A DNA stretch of 64,000 bases from an uncultured Dehalococcoidales bacterium. GTDB taxonomy: Bacteria; Chloroflexota; Dehalococcoidia; Dehalococcoidales; UBA3254. The number at the start of each line of letters is the position of its first letter. The stretch's first letter is position 1. The stretch spans positions 3,830 through 67,829 of the forward strand of contig CAYLRY010000001.1 in NCBI GenBank assembly GCA_964386535.1, given 5' to 3'. The notes below the pieces were generated by a model. It did not search any database, had not been told where the DNA came from, and worked only from the letters and a program-made list of their open reading frames with translations. This document shows, piece by piece, positions 48,709 through 58,539 of the stretch. The position numbers and the translations under genes are program-made.

Positions 48709-49166
48709 AATTTTCTCCTTTTCAAAATAACTCCAATGATAGTTCTATGAACATTCAGCCCGGGTTATTCTTATTTTGGTCAATTACAGTCAGTATCCGC
48801 AGGACCAAAAAACATAAAAAAATATTATGCGTATAAAGTAATCTATGAGTTTTTATTTGTCAAGGGTGTCAATACACCTTGATTCACTATAAAACAAAGT
48901 AAAATGAGCGTGGATATTTTCAATAAATTGGCGCAGCCTCGATCCGCCATCTAAATTTTTTCCTAGCCTCGACCAATAAATTATGGTAACTATTTTGAGC
49001 CTGAATTGACTTTTGAGTCAAGTGAACTTACATAAGCTTGATTAGCCTTGTTTGATGGCGGATTTGGCGCAGAAACCTTGTGCCTATTTGAAGCTATTTG
49101 ATAGCGGATTAGCGACCTCAGTTGTGGTGTATCCAGGTATCTTCGCCTGTCATGGTTTTTCTCCCT

Positions 49167-50096
49167 TTAAAATAATTTTTCTACATGAGCTACTTCTCCG
49201 GGAGAAAGTTTCCAATCACTGGCCATGACATTGGCAGCCAACTGCTCAGGGCTGGTCGCTCCGGCAATGACAGAACCCAGCCATTTGTGTGAAAGAAGCC
49301 AGGCAATAGCCAGGTCTCCCACACTGTGGCCGCAATCCCTGGCAAAAGCTTCCAGCTTAGCCAGTTTCCCGAAATTGGTCTCGGTCAGGATATCCCGGTA
49401 GATTGCAGGGGGGTTGGCGAGACGTCCGGTAGTTGGTTTGGCGCCGGGACGGTACTTGCCGGTTAAAAAACCAGAAGCCAGGGGCCCCCAGGGAACCACA
49501 CCTATACCATATTTTTGACAGCAGGGGACGATTTCTTTTTCAATACTTCGATCGAGTATATTGTAGCGCATCTGGATAGCAATAAAGGATTCTAAATGTT
49601 CTATCCTGGCCGTATACAGGGCTTCGCAGAGCTGCCAGGCAGCGAAATTGGAACAGGCGATGTAACGTACCTTGCCGGCCCTGATCAGATCATTCATAGA
49701 GCGGAGGGTTTCTTCTATAGGGGTTTCCGTATCTGCATAGTGTATGTAATACAGGTCTATATAATCTGTATCCAGCCGTTTTAATGCCTGGTCTGCGGCT
49801 TTAATAATATAATTACGGGACCCTCCCAGTTCCCTGGGGGTCAGGCTGGCAATATGACCGAATTTGGTTGCCAGTACCACCTGGTCGCGCTTTCCTTTGA
49901 CAGCTTTGCCGATGATCTCCTCTGAGCGGCCGTGGGCGTACATGGCGGCAGTATCTATGAAATTTACACCCAGATCAATGGCGCGATGGATAATGTTAAT
50001 AGCTACCGACTCATCTGTCGTAAGGCCAAAAGTGTTAGTGCCCAGACCTACCTCAGAGATTTTTAAGCCTGAATTTCCCAGCTTGCGATATTCCAT
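49167..50096 (-). CDS. Aldo/keto reductase
   Basis: MEYRKLG.SGL.IS..GLG.., DTA..Y..G.SE, and the rest of the AKR family pattern. Confidence 0.9.
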   Translation of the reverse strand: MEYRKLGNSGLKISEVGLGTNTFGLTTDESVAINIIHRAIDLGVNFIDTAAMYAHGRSEEIIGKAVKGKRDQVVLATKFGHIASLTPRELGGSRNYIIKAADQALKRLDTDYIDLYYIHYADTETPIEETLRSMNDLIRAGKVRYIACSNFAAWQLCEALYTARIEHLESFIAIQMRYNILDRSIEKEIVPCCQKYGIGVVPWGPLASGFLTGKYRPGAKPTTGRLANPPAIYRDILTETNFGKLAKLEAFARDCGHSVGDLAIAWLLSHKWLGSVIAGATSPEQLAANVMASDWKLSPGEVAHVEKLF

Positions 50097-50376
50097 TAAA
50101 GTACCTCCTCAGAAATTGATGTCTCTATAAATAGATTATATGTGATTTTAAGGTGGGGAAAATGTATAACCGGCAATATCAAAACCGGGTTAAGCCTTTT
50201 TATGCATGACAGGCCGTAGGTATTTTTTAATTTAAAGTCATGATTAAAAAAGAATTATAATGGTAAATAGAGGACATATATGATATTCATCTGAGTTTAT
50301 TGAATAGCTAAGGCATTAATATAAATACCGGCATCCTGATTAAGCGAGATATAAAAGAGTCTCAGAGGAGGATGAT

Positions 50377-50856
50377 ATGTCATTTGAAAAACTGAAAGAA
50401 TATCTGGATCACATGGAGGTGAATTATGCTTCCATCAGTCACGCTCTGGCGTATACATCTCAACAAATTGCTCAGATCTCACACATCCGGGGGAAGGACC
50501 TGGCCAAGACAGTTATAGTAAAAATCGATAATAAGATGGCAATGGTAGTCTTGCCAGCTTCCTATAAGGTAGACCTGGGACTGGTAAAGGATGCCACTGG
50601 AGCCAGCTACGTTTCACTGGCTTCTGAGGCTGAATTTCAGGATTTATTTCCTGATTGCGAAGCTGGGGCGATGCCTCCATTCGGAAACCTGTATGGCATG
50701 GAGGTATATGTAGATGAAAAACTGGCTGAAGACCAGGAGATTGTTTTCAATGCCTGTTCCCACCTGGAATTGATTAAATTGGCCTATAAAGACTTCTTCA
50801 GATTGGTAAAGCCTAAGAAAGGCAGATTTGCCAGTGGAAAAGTGCCGGCTTTCTAG
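50377..50856 (+). CDS. YbaK/EbsC-like aminoacyl-tRNA editing-domain protein
   Basis: ..K.......K...VV.P......L..............A...E......G...G..PPFG. Confidence 0.65.
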   Translation: MSFEKLKEYLDHMEVNYASISHALAYTSQQIAQISHIRGKDLAKTVIVKIDNKMAMVVLPASYKVDLGLVKDATGASYVSLASEAEFQDLFPDCEAGAMPPFGNLYGMEVYVDEKLAEDQEIVFNACSHLELIKLAYKDFFRLVKPKKGRFASGKVPAF

Positions 50857-51070
50857 TCTTGCGTAACATGACGGGATTCCGGGGTGACCTCAGACCTGGC
50901 CAGGGTAAAAAATGAGGTTGCATTGACATATCCAAATAGATGAATAATGCAGTAAATTCCGAATAAATCTGCTGTTTTAATTGACTTATTCACCTGACTA
51001 TTGGCTCTCTACTATTGCCGCCAGGCAGCTAAATAGAAGAATAATCTCAATACTTAGAGGAGGAAGATCA

Positions 51071-51586
51071 GTGTCGAAACCAAAATACGGCGTTACGAAA
51101 AGCGGTGATCCTAAAACTAAAACCGGTAAATACATTGTCTACTGTACTGAACCCAGTCCATACCGCCCGACCGATAATCCCAGGGCTTTTTCCATGTACC
51201 TGGATTCCAGATCCGTAGAAGGCGGTTTCTACTGGAATGGAGGGGTAATTCACAAAGCCTATCCGCCGGATAGAATACCGGGTAAGCCTCATTCTCATGA
51301 CTATATTGAATATGTAGTGCTTTACGGATCCAATCCTCTGGATCCCTTTGATTTAGGCGGTGAAGTAGAATTCTGGCTGGGAGATGAAAAACATATCATC
51401 ACTAATTCCTGTGTCATTACCATCCCGGCGGGGCTTTCGCACTGCCCCTTTACTTTCAAACGGGTGGACAGGCCGATCTTTTTCAGCAGTTGTTCACCGG
51501 CGCCGGTTTTATATGAGCATACCAACCGCAGTCCGCAGTGGAGCCATCTGGCAGACCCACAGCAGATAGCTGAAGTGCTGGATTAG
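51071..51586 (+). CDS. Hypothetical cupin-like protein (paralog of the C-terminal half of 33495-34373)
   Basis: PHSHDYIEY..LYGSNP...FDLGGEVEFWLGDEKH.........IPAGL.HCP..FKRVDRP. The GTG at 51071 follows GGAGGAAG; the ORF is open from 50981. Confidence 0.6.
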   Translation: MSKPKYGVTKSGDPKTKTGKYIVYCTEPSPYRPTDNPRAFSMYLDSRSVEGGFYWNGGVIHKAYPPDRIPGKPHSHDYIEYVVLYGSNPLDPFDLGGEVEFWLGDEKHIITNSCVITIPAGLSHCPFTFKRVDRPIFFSSCSPAPVLYEHTNRSPQWSHLADPQQIAEVLD

Positions 51587-51597
51587 GAGAGGAAAAT

Positions 51598-52566
51598 ATG
51601 AAATACCGCAACCTGGGGAAATCCGGTTTAAAGGTCTCTGAGATAGGTCTGGGCAGCCTGGAATTTGGCGGGAAGGTGAATGAACAGGAGTCCATTCTCA
51701 TTATCCATCAAGCCCTGGACCTCGGCATCAATTTCATTGATACGGCTGATGTCTACAGCAACGGACGCTCCGAGGAGTTCATAGGGAAAGCTATAAAGGG
51801 AAAACGCACGAAGGTCGTTATTGCCTCCAAATTCGGCATCGGCACAGGTGACTCTCCTAATGATTATGGAGGTTCAAGGGCTCATATCATGGATGCCATA
51901 GATTGCAGCTTGAAGCGGCTGGACACCGATTATATTGATCTTTATTATATTCACTGGCCGGACGCAACTGCACCCATAGAGGAGACGCTACGAACACTCA
52001 ACTCCCTGGTGCAGGCCGGAAAGGTACGTTATATAGCCTGCTCTAATTTTGCCGCCTGGCAACTGAATGATGCCCTGTGGACTTCCAGAGTCAACAACCT
52101 GGAGTCTTTTACAGGGGTGCAGACCCGTTATAACCTGATTGACCGCAGTATTGAAGCAGAACTGGTACCCTGCTGTGAGAAGTACGGCGTGGGAGTGATA
52201 CCCTGGAGCCCGCTGGCAGAAGGATTCCTGACCGGGAAATATGTTAGGGGAATACCAGCGCCAGCCGGGACCCGGCTGGGCACTCCGCGGAGCGCGCCTG
52301 CTTCTCGCAGGCCCCCGGCAGGGCTGCCGGCCAGGCCGGGCATGTTTGCCTCAATTCTGACGGAAGCCAATTTTGACAGGCTGGAGCAATGGCAAAAATT
52401 TGCGGGCGAACGCGGTCATACGGTGGGAGAACTGGCCATAGCCTGGCTGCTCTCTCATCCCTGGTTGTCTTCGGTCATTGCCGGAGTAACCACTTCAGGA
52501 CAGTTGTCAGCCAATGTTAAGGCAGCCGATTGGACTTTAACAATGGATGATATAAAGGGTTTATAA
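51598..52566 (+). CDS. Aldo/keto reductase
   Basis: Paralog of 49167-50096, with an extra Pro/Arg/Ala-rich loop. Confidence 0.9.
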   Translation: MKYRNLGKSGLKVSEIGLGSLEFGGKVNEQESILIIHQALDLGINFIDTADVYSNGRSEEFIGKAIKGKRTKVVIASKFGIGTGDSPNDYGGSRAHIMDAIDCSLKRLDTDYIDLYYIHWPDATAPIEETLRTLNSLVQAGKVRYIACSNFAAWQLNDALWTSRVNNLESFTGVQTRYNLIDRSIEAELVPCCEKYGVGVIPWSPLAEGFLTGKYVRGIPAPAGTRLGTPRSAPASRRPPAGLPARPGMFASILTEANFDRLEQWQKFAGERGHTVGELAIAWLLSHPWLSSVIAGVTTSGQLSANVKAADWTLTMDDIKGL

Positions 52567-52636
52567 CAAATGGGATATAAATCTGCGCCTTTCCTGGACT
52601 TCAGCAGGCGAAAAATGGATATTTGGAGGAAAAACC

Positions 52637-52999
52637 GTGTCAAGATATTTGTTGTTTGCTTTCAGTGATTGTAAAGATCCTGCCCGGGAAGATGAGTTTA
52701 ATGAATGGTACAGCAATATGCATATTCCGGATATGCTGGAAATTCCCGGCATGATAAGCGCCACCCGCTGGGTGAGCGCCAGTGATAAACCCGATCAGCG
52801 CCGGAAATACCTGGCATTATATGAACTTGAGACTGATGATGTGGATAAGTTTAATGCAGACGTACGGAAAGCCGGACAGGCTACCATTACAAGAGGCAGG
52901 TTTAGCGATCTCCCTGTTTTTGATCCACCGGAAATACCGCGGATTTACCGGCAGATAATGCCGGTTAAAAAACCTGACCAATCCAGTAAGATGAGTTGA
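52637..52999 (+). CDS. Hypothetical protein (possibly EthD/dimeric alpha-beta-barrel-like)
   Basis: The F..WY...H.PD.L..PG...A.R pattern is the only basis for this weak assignment. GTG start. Confidence 0.45.
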   Translation: MSRYLLFAFSDCKDPAREDEFNEWYSNMHIPDMLEIPGMISATRWVSASDKPDQRRKYLALYELETDDVDKFNADVRKAGQATITRGRFSDLPVFDPPEIPRIYRQIMPVKKPDQSSKMS

Positions 53000-53081
53000 A
53001 GGCCGAAAGAGCAATAATCAGAATGTTTGGCTTTATTAGCGGGATAAAATATTAAAAAAAGGCCGGATTAGAATTTTAAAT

Positions 53082-53120
53082 TTAACATTCTTTTAACATT
53101 GCGTTAAATATCTCTTAAAC
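53082..53120 (+). promoter_or_regulatory. Pho-box array A (upstream of pstS)
   Basis: TTAACA (53082), TTAACA (53093), TTAAAT (53104), TTAAAC (53115): four hexamers spaced exactly 11 bp apart. Confidence 0.7.
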
Positions 53121-53318
53121 ACAGTCTGTTATTCTGAATGTAGGCAAAAAGATCCCGGAGTAATGCAGTCTGTGAGAAAAGCAGGGACTGCTAACTTTTG
53201 GTGCCGGAATAGATGATGGAAAAAGAATAAAAGGCCTGATTTTACCTGCATCTGTTTGATATAACGGCTGATGTATTCACAAAACCGTATGGAATGACAT
53301 CCGGAGGGGCTTTAATCA

Positions 53319-54239
53319 GTGACTTTCAGATGTAAAAGGAAGCGGCCCGGCTTCCTGTCATACATGCTGATTATGATATTGCTGCTTTTAAGCGCCTGTG
53401 ATAATGCGCCGATTAAAACGTCTGTATCTGACGGCGCCAGATCATCTACCATCCCCATCCAGACTCAAAACCGGAACACAACTACAGCCACAATCCTGTC
53501 CGGTTCCATATCAGAAGTAGGTTCGACCACGGTTCAGCCTCTAGCTGAAAAACTGGCGGCAGCTTTTATGGCGCTCAATCCCAACGTTAAAGTGGATATC
53601 AAGGGTGGTGGTTCATCAGTAGGCATCAAGGCGGCTAATGACGGTACAGCAGATATCGGGGCTGCTTCCCGTGAGTTGAACAGCGCAGATCCCAGCCTGA
53701 TAAAATTTCTGCTGGCCCATGACGGGATTGCCATAATCGTAAATGCAGGTAATCCGGTAAACGGGCTAACCAAAGCACAGATTACCGAGATTTTTACAGG
53801 TAAAATAACTAACTGGAGCCAGGTGGGCGGACCTGATAAAAATATTCATGTGGCTGCCCGTGAGGAAGGCTCAGGTACGCGAACAGCTTTTCAGGAACTG
53901 GTGATGGGAAAAGATGCTGCCGGAGCAGACATAAATATCGTGAAAAGCGCAATCCTGCAAAACTCCAGCGGAGCCATTATGCAGGTAGTCAAATCTGACG
54001 TCCAGGCCATCAGCTTTGACTCCTTTGGATACCTGAATAGTTCTGTAAAAGCCCTGGCGATAGAGGGTATTGAGGCTACTGATGAAAATGCCAGGAGCGG
54101 CATATATCCGGTGGTCAGACCTCTTTATTTTCTAACTAAGAACCAGCCATCCGGAGCGGTTGAAGCATTTTTCAAATTCTGTGCCGGATCCGAGGCCCAA
54201 CAGATAATAACCAACGAGGGATACATATCTGTACAATAA
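53319..54239 (+). CDS. pstS: Phosphate ABC transporter substrate-binding lipoprotein
   Basis: Basic n-region plus lipobox LLSAC. GSTTV..L, AREEGSGTR and YP..RPLYF are PstS/PBP_like_2 motifs. GTG start with GGAGGGG upstream. Confidence 0.9.
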   Translation: MTFRCKRKRPGFLSYMLIMILLLLSACDNAPIKTSVSDGARSSTIPIQTQNRNTTTATILSGSISEVGSTTVQPLAEKLAAAFMALNPNVKVDIKGGGSSVGIKAANDGTADIGAASRELNSADPSLIKFLLAHDGIAIIVNAGNPVNGLTKAQITEIFTGKITNWSQVGGPDKNIHVAAREEGSGTRTAFQELVMGKDAAGADINIVKSAILQNSSGAIMQVVKSDVQAISFDSFGYLNSSVKALAIEGIEATDENARSGIYPVVRPLYFLTKNQPSGAVEAFFKFCAGSEAQQIITNEGYISVQ

Positions 54240-54255
54240 AAATCAAATAACCGGC

Positions 54256-55170
54256 ATGCCCCGGGAGGCTCTCGGCAATCTCCCTGCCGCCAGGGCTGTC
54301 AACAGGTCCCGCTATTTTTCTGACCGTGCGGCCAAAACCGGAGTGCTCATATGCGCCACATCCTCTTTTCTGGTTTTACTGGCTATTATTATATTTATCC
54401 TGCAACAGGGTTTGCCGGCCTTTTTCCAGGTGGGTCTCTTAGATTTTCTTTTTGGCATTAACTGGAGTCCCTCCAATAGCCAGTTCGGGGTGCTGCCCAT
54501 GATAGTTGGATCACTGGCAGTAACACTGGGCTCTATGATTCTGGCGGTGCCTCTGGGAATCGCCTGCGCCATCCTGCTGGCGGAAGTGGCGCCCGCGGGT
54601 GTAAGACAGGTGTTAAGACCGGCAGTGGAGCTTTTGGTAGGGATTCCTTCCGTGATATACGGGCTGGTGGGCATAGGGGTGATTGTACCGGCAGTACGCC
54701 AGATAGGAGGAACCGGATACAGCATTGCTGCAGCCTGCATAGTGTTGATGGCCATGGTTCTACCCACTATTACCAGCATCAGTGAAGACAGCTTAAGGGC
54801 GGTCCCGCGGAAGTATAAGGAAGGTTCTCTGGCCATGGGAGCCACGCAATGGCAGACTATATGGCATGTTCTGATTCCCGCTGCCCGGTCAGGAATCGGG
54901 GCGGGTATAATTTTAGGAATAGGACGCGCCATAGGAGAAACCATGGCCATGATCATGGTAATAGGTAATGCGGTGATGTTCCCCACCTCTCTGCTGGACC
55001 CGGCACGGACTCTAACAGGTAACATCGCAGTAGAGATACAGTATGCCAGCGGGGTCCATGAAAGCGCCCTGTTTGCTACCGCAGTGGTTTTGCTGGCTTT
55101 TATCATCATCCTGAATTACTTCGCAGTAATTATTTTTAAGAGAGACATCAGTGGCCAGAGTAAATCCTAA
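54256..55170 (+). CDS. pstC: Phosphate ABC transporter permease PstC
   Basis: Six-TM permease with an EAA-like loop (..SEDSLRAVP...KEGS.A.GAT.WQ). Confidence 0.9.
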   Translation: MPREALGNLPAARAVNRSRYFSDRAAKTGVLICATSSFLVLLAIIIFILQQGLPAFFQVGLLDFLFGINWSPSNSQFGVLPMIVGSLAVTLGSMILAVPLGIACAILLAEVAPAGVRQVLRPAVELLVGIPSVIYGLVGIGVIVPAVRQIGGTGYSIAAACIVLMAMVLPTITSISEDSLRAVPRKYKEGSLAMGATQWQTIWHVLIPAARSGIGAGIILGIGRAIGETMAMIMVIGNAVMFPTSLLDPARTLTGNIAVEIQYASGVHESALFATAVVLLAFIIILNYFAVIIFKRDISGQSKS

Positions 55171-56002
55171 AACCAAACAAAAAGCAGCCAATTTGATTAT
55201 CTGGGCTGCCGGCGCTGTTACAGCCCTGATACTGATATTGATTATAGTCTATGTCCTGGTAAGGGGAATACCTTATATTACATGGGATTTCTTAATCACA
55301 GCGCCTAAGGGAGGTCTATCCGGAGAAGGGGGCATTTCCACCGCCATAGTGGCCACTGTTTACCTGATCTGCCTGACTATTGCTATTCTGATCATACCCG
55401 GCATCGGCACAGCTATCTGGCTGACTGAATATGCCAGGGACAACTGGCTGACAAAAGCAATCCGCTATGCCATTAACACGCTGGCAGGGGTTCCCTCCAT
55501 AGTCTTCGGACTCTTTGGTTTTGTTCTTTTTGTGACTGTATTACATTTTAATTTCTCCATTTTATCCGGAGCCCTGACGTTGGTCTGCCTGCTGCTGCCT
55601 ACGTTGATAAGCACTACTGAAGAGGCCATCCGGGCGGTACCTCAGTACCAGAGGGAAGCAGGGCTGGCTTTAGGCGCCACCAAATGGCAAACCATCTCCC
55701 ACGTTATCCTCCCGGCTGCTCTCCCCGGAATTGTAACCGGTATAATTCTCTGTATAGGCAGGGCCATCGGCGAGACAGCCTGTCTGTATGTTACCATGGG
55801 AGGCAGCGCTGCTATGCCTAACACTTTGCTTTCAGGCGGCAGGACGCTGGCACTGCATGTTTATTACCTGGCCACAGATACCAATGCATTTGATAAAGCC
55901 ATGGCTACTGCGGCCATATTGATCATTCTGATCATTATTATTAATACCTTTACCAACTGGCTATCTCAGCGCTTTCACGCCAGGCTGGTAGGAAGGATGT
56001 AA
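55151..56002 (+). CDS. pstA: Phosphate ABC transporter permease PstA
   Basis: ..TEEA.RAVP....[11 protein letters not shown]... There is a 20-nt overlap with pstC. Confidence 0.9.
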   Translation: MARVNPKTKQKAANLIIWAAGAVTALILILIIVYVLVRGIPYITWDFLITAPKGGLSGEGGISTAIVATVYLICLTIAILIIPGIGTAIWLTEYARDNWLTKAIRYAINTLAGVPSIVFGLFGFVLFVTVLHFNFSILSGALTLVCLLLPTLISTTEEAIRAVPQYQREAGLALGATKWQTISHVILPAALPGIVTGIILCIGRAIGETACLYVTMGGSAAMPNTLLSGGRTLALHVYYLATDTNAFDKAMATAAILIILIIIINTFTNWLSQRFHARLVGRM

Positions 56003-56003
56003 G

Positions 56004-56759
56004 ATGGATCCCAAGATTGAAACCAGGCAATTAAATCTGTATTACCGGAAAACTCTGGCGCTGAAGAAGATTGACATAAAGATACGTGAACATCAGATAA
56101 CAGCCATTATAGGGCCTTCAGGCTGCGGCAAGTCATCTCTGCTGCGCACCTTTGACCGGATGACGGACCTGACTCCCGGGGCAAGAGTGGAAGGCGAGGC
56201 GCTTTTGGACGGCAGTAATATCTTTGATCCGCTGGTAGACATAGTGGAATTGAGAAAAAGGGTGGGCATGGTCTTTCAGCAGCCTAATCCATTCCCCAAA
56301 TCAATTGCTGAAAATGTGGCTTTCGGACCCAGGATGCTGGGGTTAAATCATAAGAATAACCTGGAAGAGGTAATAGAAAAGAGCCTGCGCGCAGCAGCCC
56401 TCTGGGATGAGGTAAAAGATGATCTGAATAAATCCGGTCTGGCGCTATCCGGAGGACAGCAGCAGCGTTTGTGTATTGCCCGGGTGCTGGCCATAGAGCC
56501 GGAAGTGATTTTGATGGATGAACCCTGTTCGGCCCTGGATCCGATATCGACCCTGAAAATAGAGGAATTGATGGCTGACCTGAAAGAGAAGTATACTATC
56601 GTCATCGTGACGCACAATATGCAGCAGGCAGCGCGGGTTTCAGACTGGTCTGCTTTTATGTTACTGGGTGAAATGGTGGAATATGGTGCCACGCATGAAC
56701 TATTCAGCCGGCCAAAGGATAAGAGGACCGAAGATTATATAACGGGCCGTTTTGGCTAG
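56004..56759 (+). CDS. pstB: Phosphate ABC transporter ATP-binding protein PstB
   Basis: GPSGCGKS Walker [14 protein letters not shown] signature, and [10 protein letters not shown]. Confidence 0.95.
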   Translation: MDPKIETRQLNLYYRKTLALKKIDIKIREHQITAIIGPSGCGKSSLLRTFDRMTDLTPGARVEGEALLDGSNIFDPLVDIVELRKRVGMVFQQPNPFPKSIAENVAFGPRMLGLNHKNNLEEVIEKSLRAAALWDEVKDDLNKSGLALSGGQQQRLCIARVLAIEPEVILMDEPCSALDPISTLKIEELMADLKEKYTIVIVTHNMQQAARVSDWSAFMLLGEMVEYGATHELFSRPKDKRTEDYITGRFG

Positions 56760-56774
56760 AGGAGGGAAGTCAGG

Positions 56775-57440
56775 ATGCCCAGGAAGCTGTTTGATCAACA
56801 TTTACGGGAGCTTCAAGACCATGTGCTGGAGATGGGGAGCATGGTGGAAATAGCCTTGTACCGATCGATGGACGCCCTGAAAAACAGGGATCTGGATCTG
56901 GCCAGGCGGGTGATAGAGGAAGACCGTGAGATAGACCAGAAGAGGTATGAAATAGAGGAAGAATGTATTGACCTGATAGTAAGCCAGCAACCGCTGGCAG
57001 TGGACCTGAGGATCATCATAGCGGTATTGAATGTCATAGTGGACCTGGAGCGGATAGGGGATCATGCCGAAGGGACAGCCAAGATAGCGATAATGATAGG
57101 GGATGAACCGCCGTTAAAACCGCTGATAGATTTACCGAGGATGGCGGAGCTGACCGGTAGCATGTTAAAAAGGTCACTGCAGGCGTTTATACAACATGAT
57201 GCGGAGACGGCGCGGCATATATGTGCGGAAGATGATGTAATAGACAATTTATATGACCAGGTGTTCCGGGAACTGCTGGTGTTTATGGCAGAGGATCCCA
57301 AGACAATAACGCGGGCGACGCGGTTGATCTGGGTAGCGCACAATCTGGAGCGCAGCGCAGACCGGGTGACGAATATCAGTGAGCGGATTATTTACGTGGT
57401 TACGGGCAGCCGCAGCAGTATGATGGCCTCCAGGTATTAA
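56775..57440 (+). CDS. phoU: Phosphate signalling complex protein PhoU
   Basis: Duplicated PhoU repeats with E.D..ID and ..LERIGDHA / ..LER.ADR..NI motifs. Confidence 0.9.
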   Translation: MPRKLFDQHLRELQDHVLEMGSMVEIALYRSMDALKNRDLDLARRVIEEDREIDQKRYEIEEECIDLIVSQQPLAVDLRIIIAVLNVIVDLERIGDHAEGTAKIAIMIGDEPPLKPLIDLPRMAELTGSMLKRSLQAFIQHDAETARHICAEDDVIDNLYDQVFRELLVFMAEDPKTITRATRLIWVAHNLERSADRVTNISERIIYVVTGSRSSMMASRY

Positions 57441-57493
57441 GGTGAATATCTGCTGAATTATAAATAATCAAGCCTTATTCAGGGCAGGACAGG

Positions 57494-58198
57494 TTATAAA
57501 TCAAGTTTATAGCCGAAACCCCTTACAGTGACAAGATATCGTGGACTGGCTGGATCATTTTCTATTTTTTCCCTTAACCAGCGGATATGCACATCAACGG
57601 TTCGAGTATCGCCTGCAAAATCATAACCCCATACTTTTTCCAGGAGGGTTTCACGGCTAAAAACCTGCCCGTGATTTTTTGCCAGAAAGGTTATCAGATC
57701 AAATTCTTTCCGGCTCAATTCAATAACCTGATTATTGATAGTAACAATATGCCGGTTAAAGTCAACTTCTATAGGGCCATGTTTTAAGGTTTGATCCGTG
57801 TCTCTGTTAGTATTAAAGGCTTTACTGCCAACCATATTTAAACGTCTGAAAGAAGCATGGACCCTGGCCAGCAGTTCCCGCAAACTAAAAGGTTTGGTTA
57901 TGTAATCATCAGCTCCTATTTCCAGTCCGACTATTTTATCGATTTCTTCGGTACGAGCGGTCAGCATAATTATGGGAACAGACATTTCTTTTCTAAGGAT
58001 ACGGCAAACTTCAAGGCCGTTCATATGGGGTAAATTAATATCTAAAAGAATAAGATCCGGCTTTTCGGCCCTGGCACTTTCCAGGGCCTGTACTCCATTC
58101 AGTGCTGCGATAACACTATAACCGTCTTTGGTTAAGTTATATTTTAAAACCCCCTGTAAAGTCTCATCATCTTCCACTACCAGCACTTTACCCGGCAT
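57494..58198 (-). CDS. OmpR/PhoB-family response regulator (PhoP/PhoB-like)
   Basis: Receiver domain (VLVVEDD...DLILLD) plus a winged-helix trans_reg_C domain (..L..KEF.L......N.G.V.SRE.L...VWG........RTVDVHI..LR.K). Confidence 0.9.
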   Translation of the reverse strand: MPGKVLVVEDDETLQGVLKYNLTKDGYSVIAALNGVQALESARAEKPDLILLDINLPHMNGLEVCRILRKEMSVPIIMLTARTEEIDKIVGLEIGADDYITKPFSLRELLARVHASFRRLNMVGSKAFNTNRDTDQTLKHGPIEVDFNRHIVTINNQVIELSRKEFDLITFLAKNHGQVFSRETLLEKVWGYDFAGDTRTVDVHIRWLREKIENDPASPRYLVTVRGFGYKLDL

Positions 58199-58286
58199 TG
58201 ATCCACTCCCTTAGACGTACCCCCGTAATAGCTTTTTGTTAATAGCTGAAGACCAGTCTCCGAACTATTATCATATCACTCTAATA

Positions 58287-58325
58287 TTAACGGGAAATTA
58301 ACCATGCATTAAATCCAGGTTAAAT
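58287..58325 (+). promoter_or_regulatory. Pho-box array B
   Basis: TTAACG (58287), TTAACC (58298), TTAAAT (58309), TTAAAT (58320), spaced exactly 11 bp apart. The array lies ~90-130 nt upstream of the regulator start. Confidence 0.65.
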
Positions 58326-58376
58326 ATAAAAGATTACGGCAACCGCACTGATACCGGCTTCATTAATGACAGGCAA

Positions 58377-58437
58377 TTAACGAACAATTAATTAAGTTTT
58401 AACGAAATATTAACAGCAACATTATCAATCCTTAAAG
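58377..58437 (+). promoter_or_regulatory. Pho-box array C
   Basis: TTAACG (58377), TTAATT (58388), TTAACG (58399), TTAACA (58410), a degenerate ATTATC (58421), and TTAAAG (58432), all in 11-bp phase. The array lies ~100-160 nt upstream of the 58540 ORF. Confidence 0.65.
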
Positions 58438-58539
58438 ACAGGTTGATATGATCAAATCAGGAGAAAAGGAATCTAAAGCTTCCAGGGGAGTAATACATAA
58501 CAGCCGAACATTAAAAAACTGATAGGAGGAGGATTGCAA

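Noticed and set aside
52255-52345. A GC-rich Pro/Arg/Ala-rich insertion (..IPAPAGTRLGTPRSAPASRRPPAGLPARPG..) in the second aldo/keto reductase, relative to its paralog.
   Set aside because: It maps to a surface loop that is variable in length across AKRs. The reading frame is intact, and there is no sign of a mobile or repeat element.
54312-55109. A 265-aa ORF antisense to pstC. Similar long antisense ORFs occur at 17767-18447, 21668-22150, 1324-1782, 30206-30688 and 45105-45563.
   Set aside because: Each lies entirely within, and antisense to, a CDS with strong family signatures. Their translations are low-complexity (Pro/Ala/Ser/Arg-rich) and show no motifs. They look like typical shadow ORFs.
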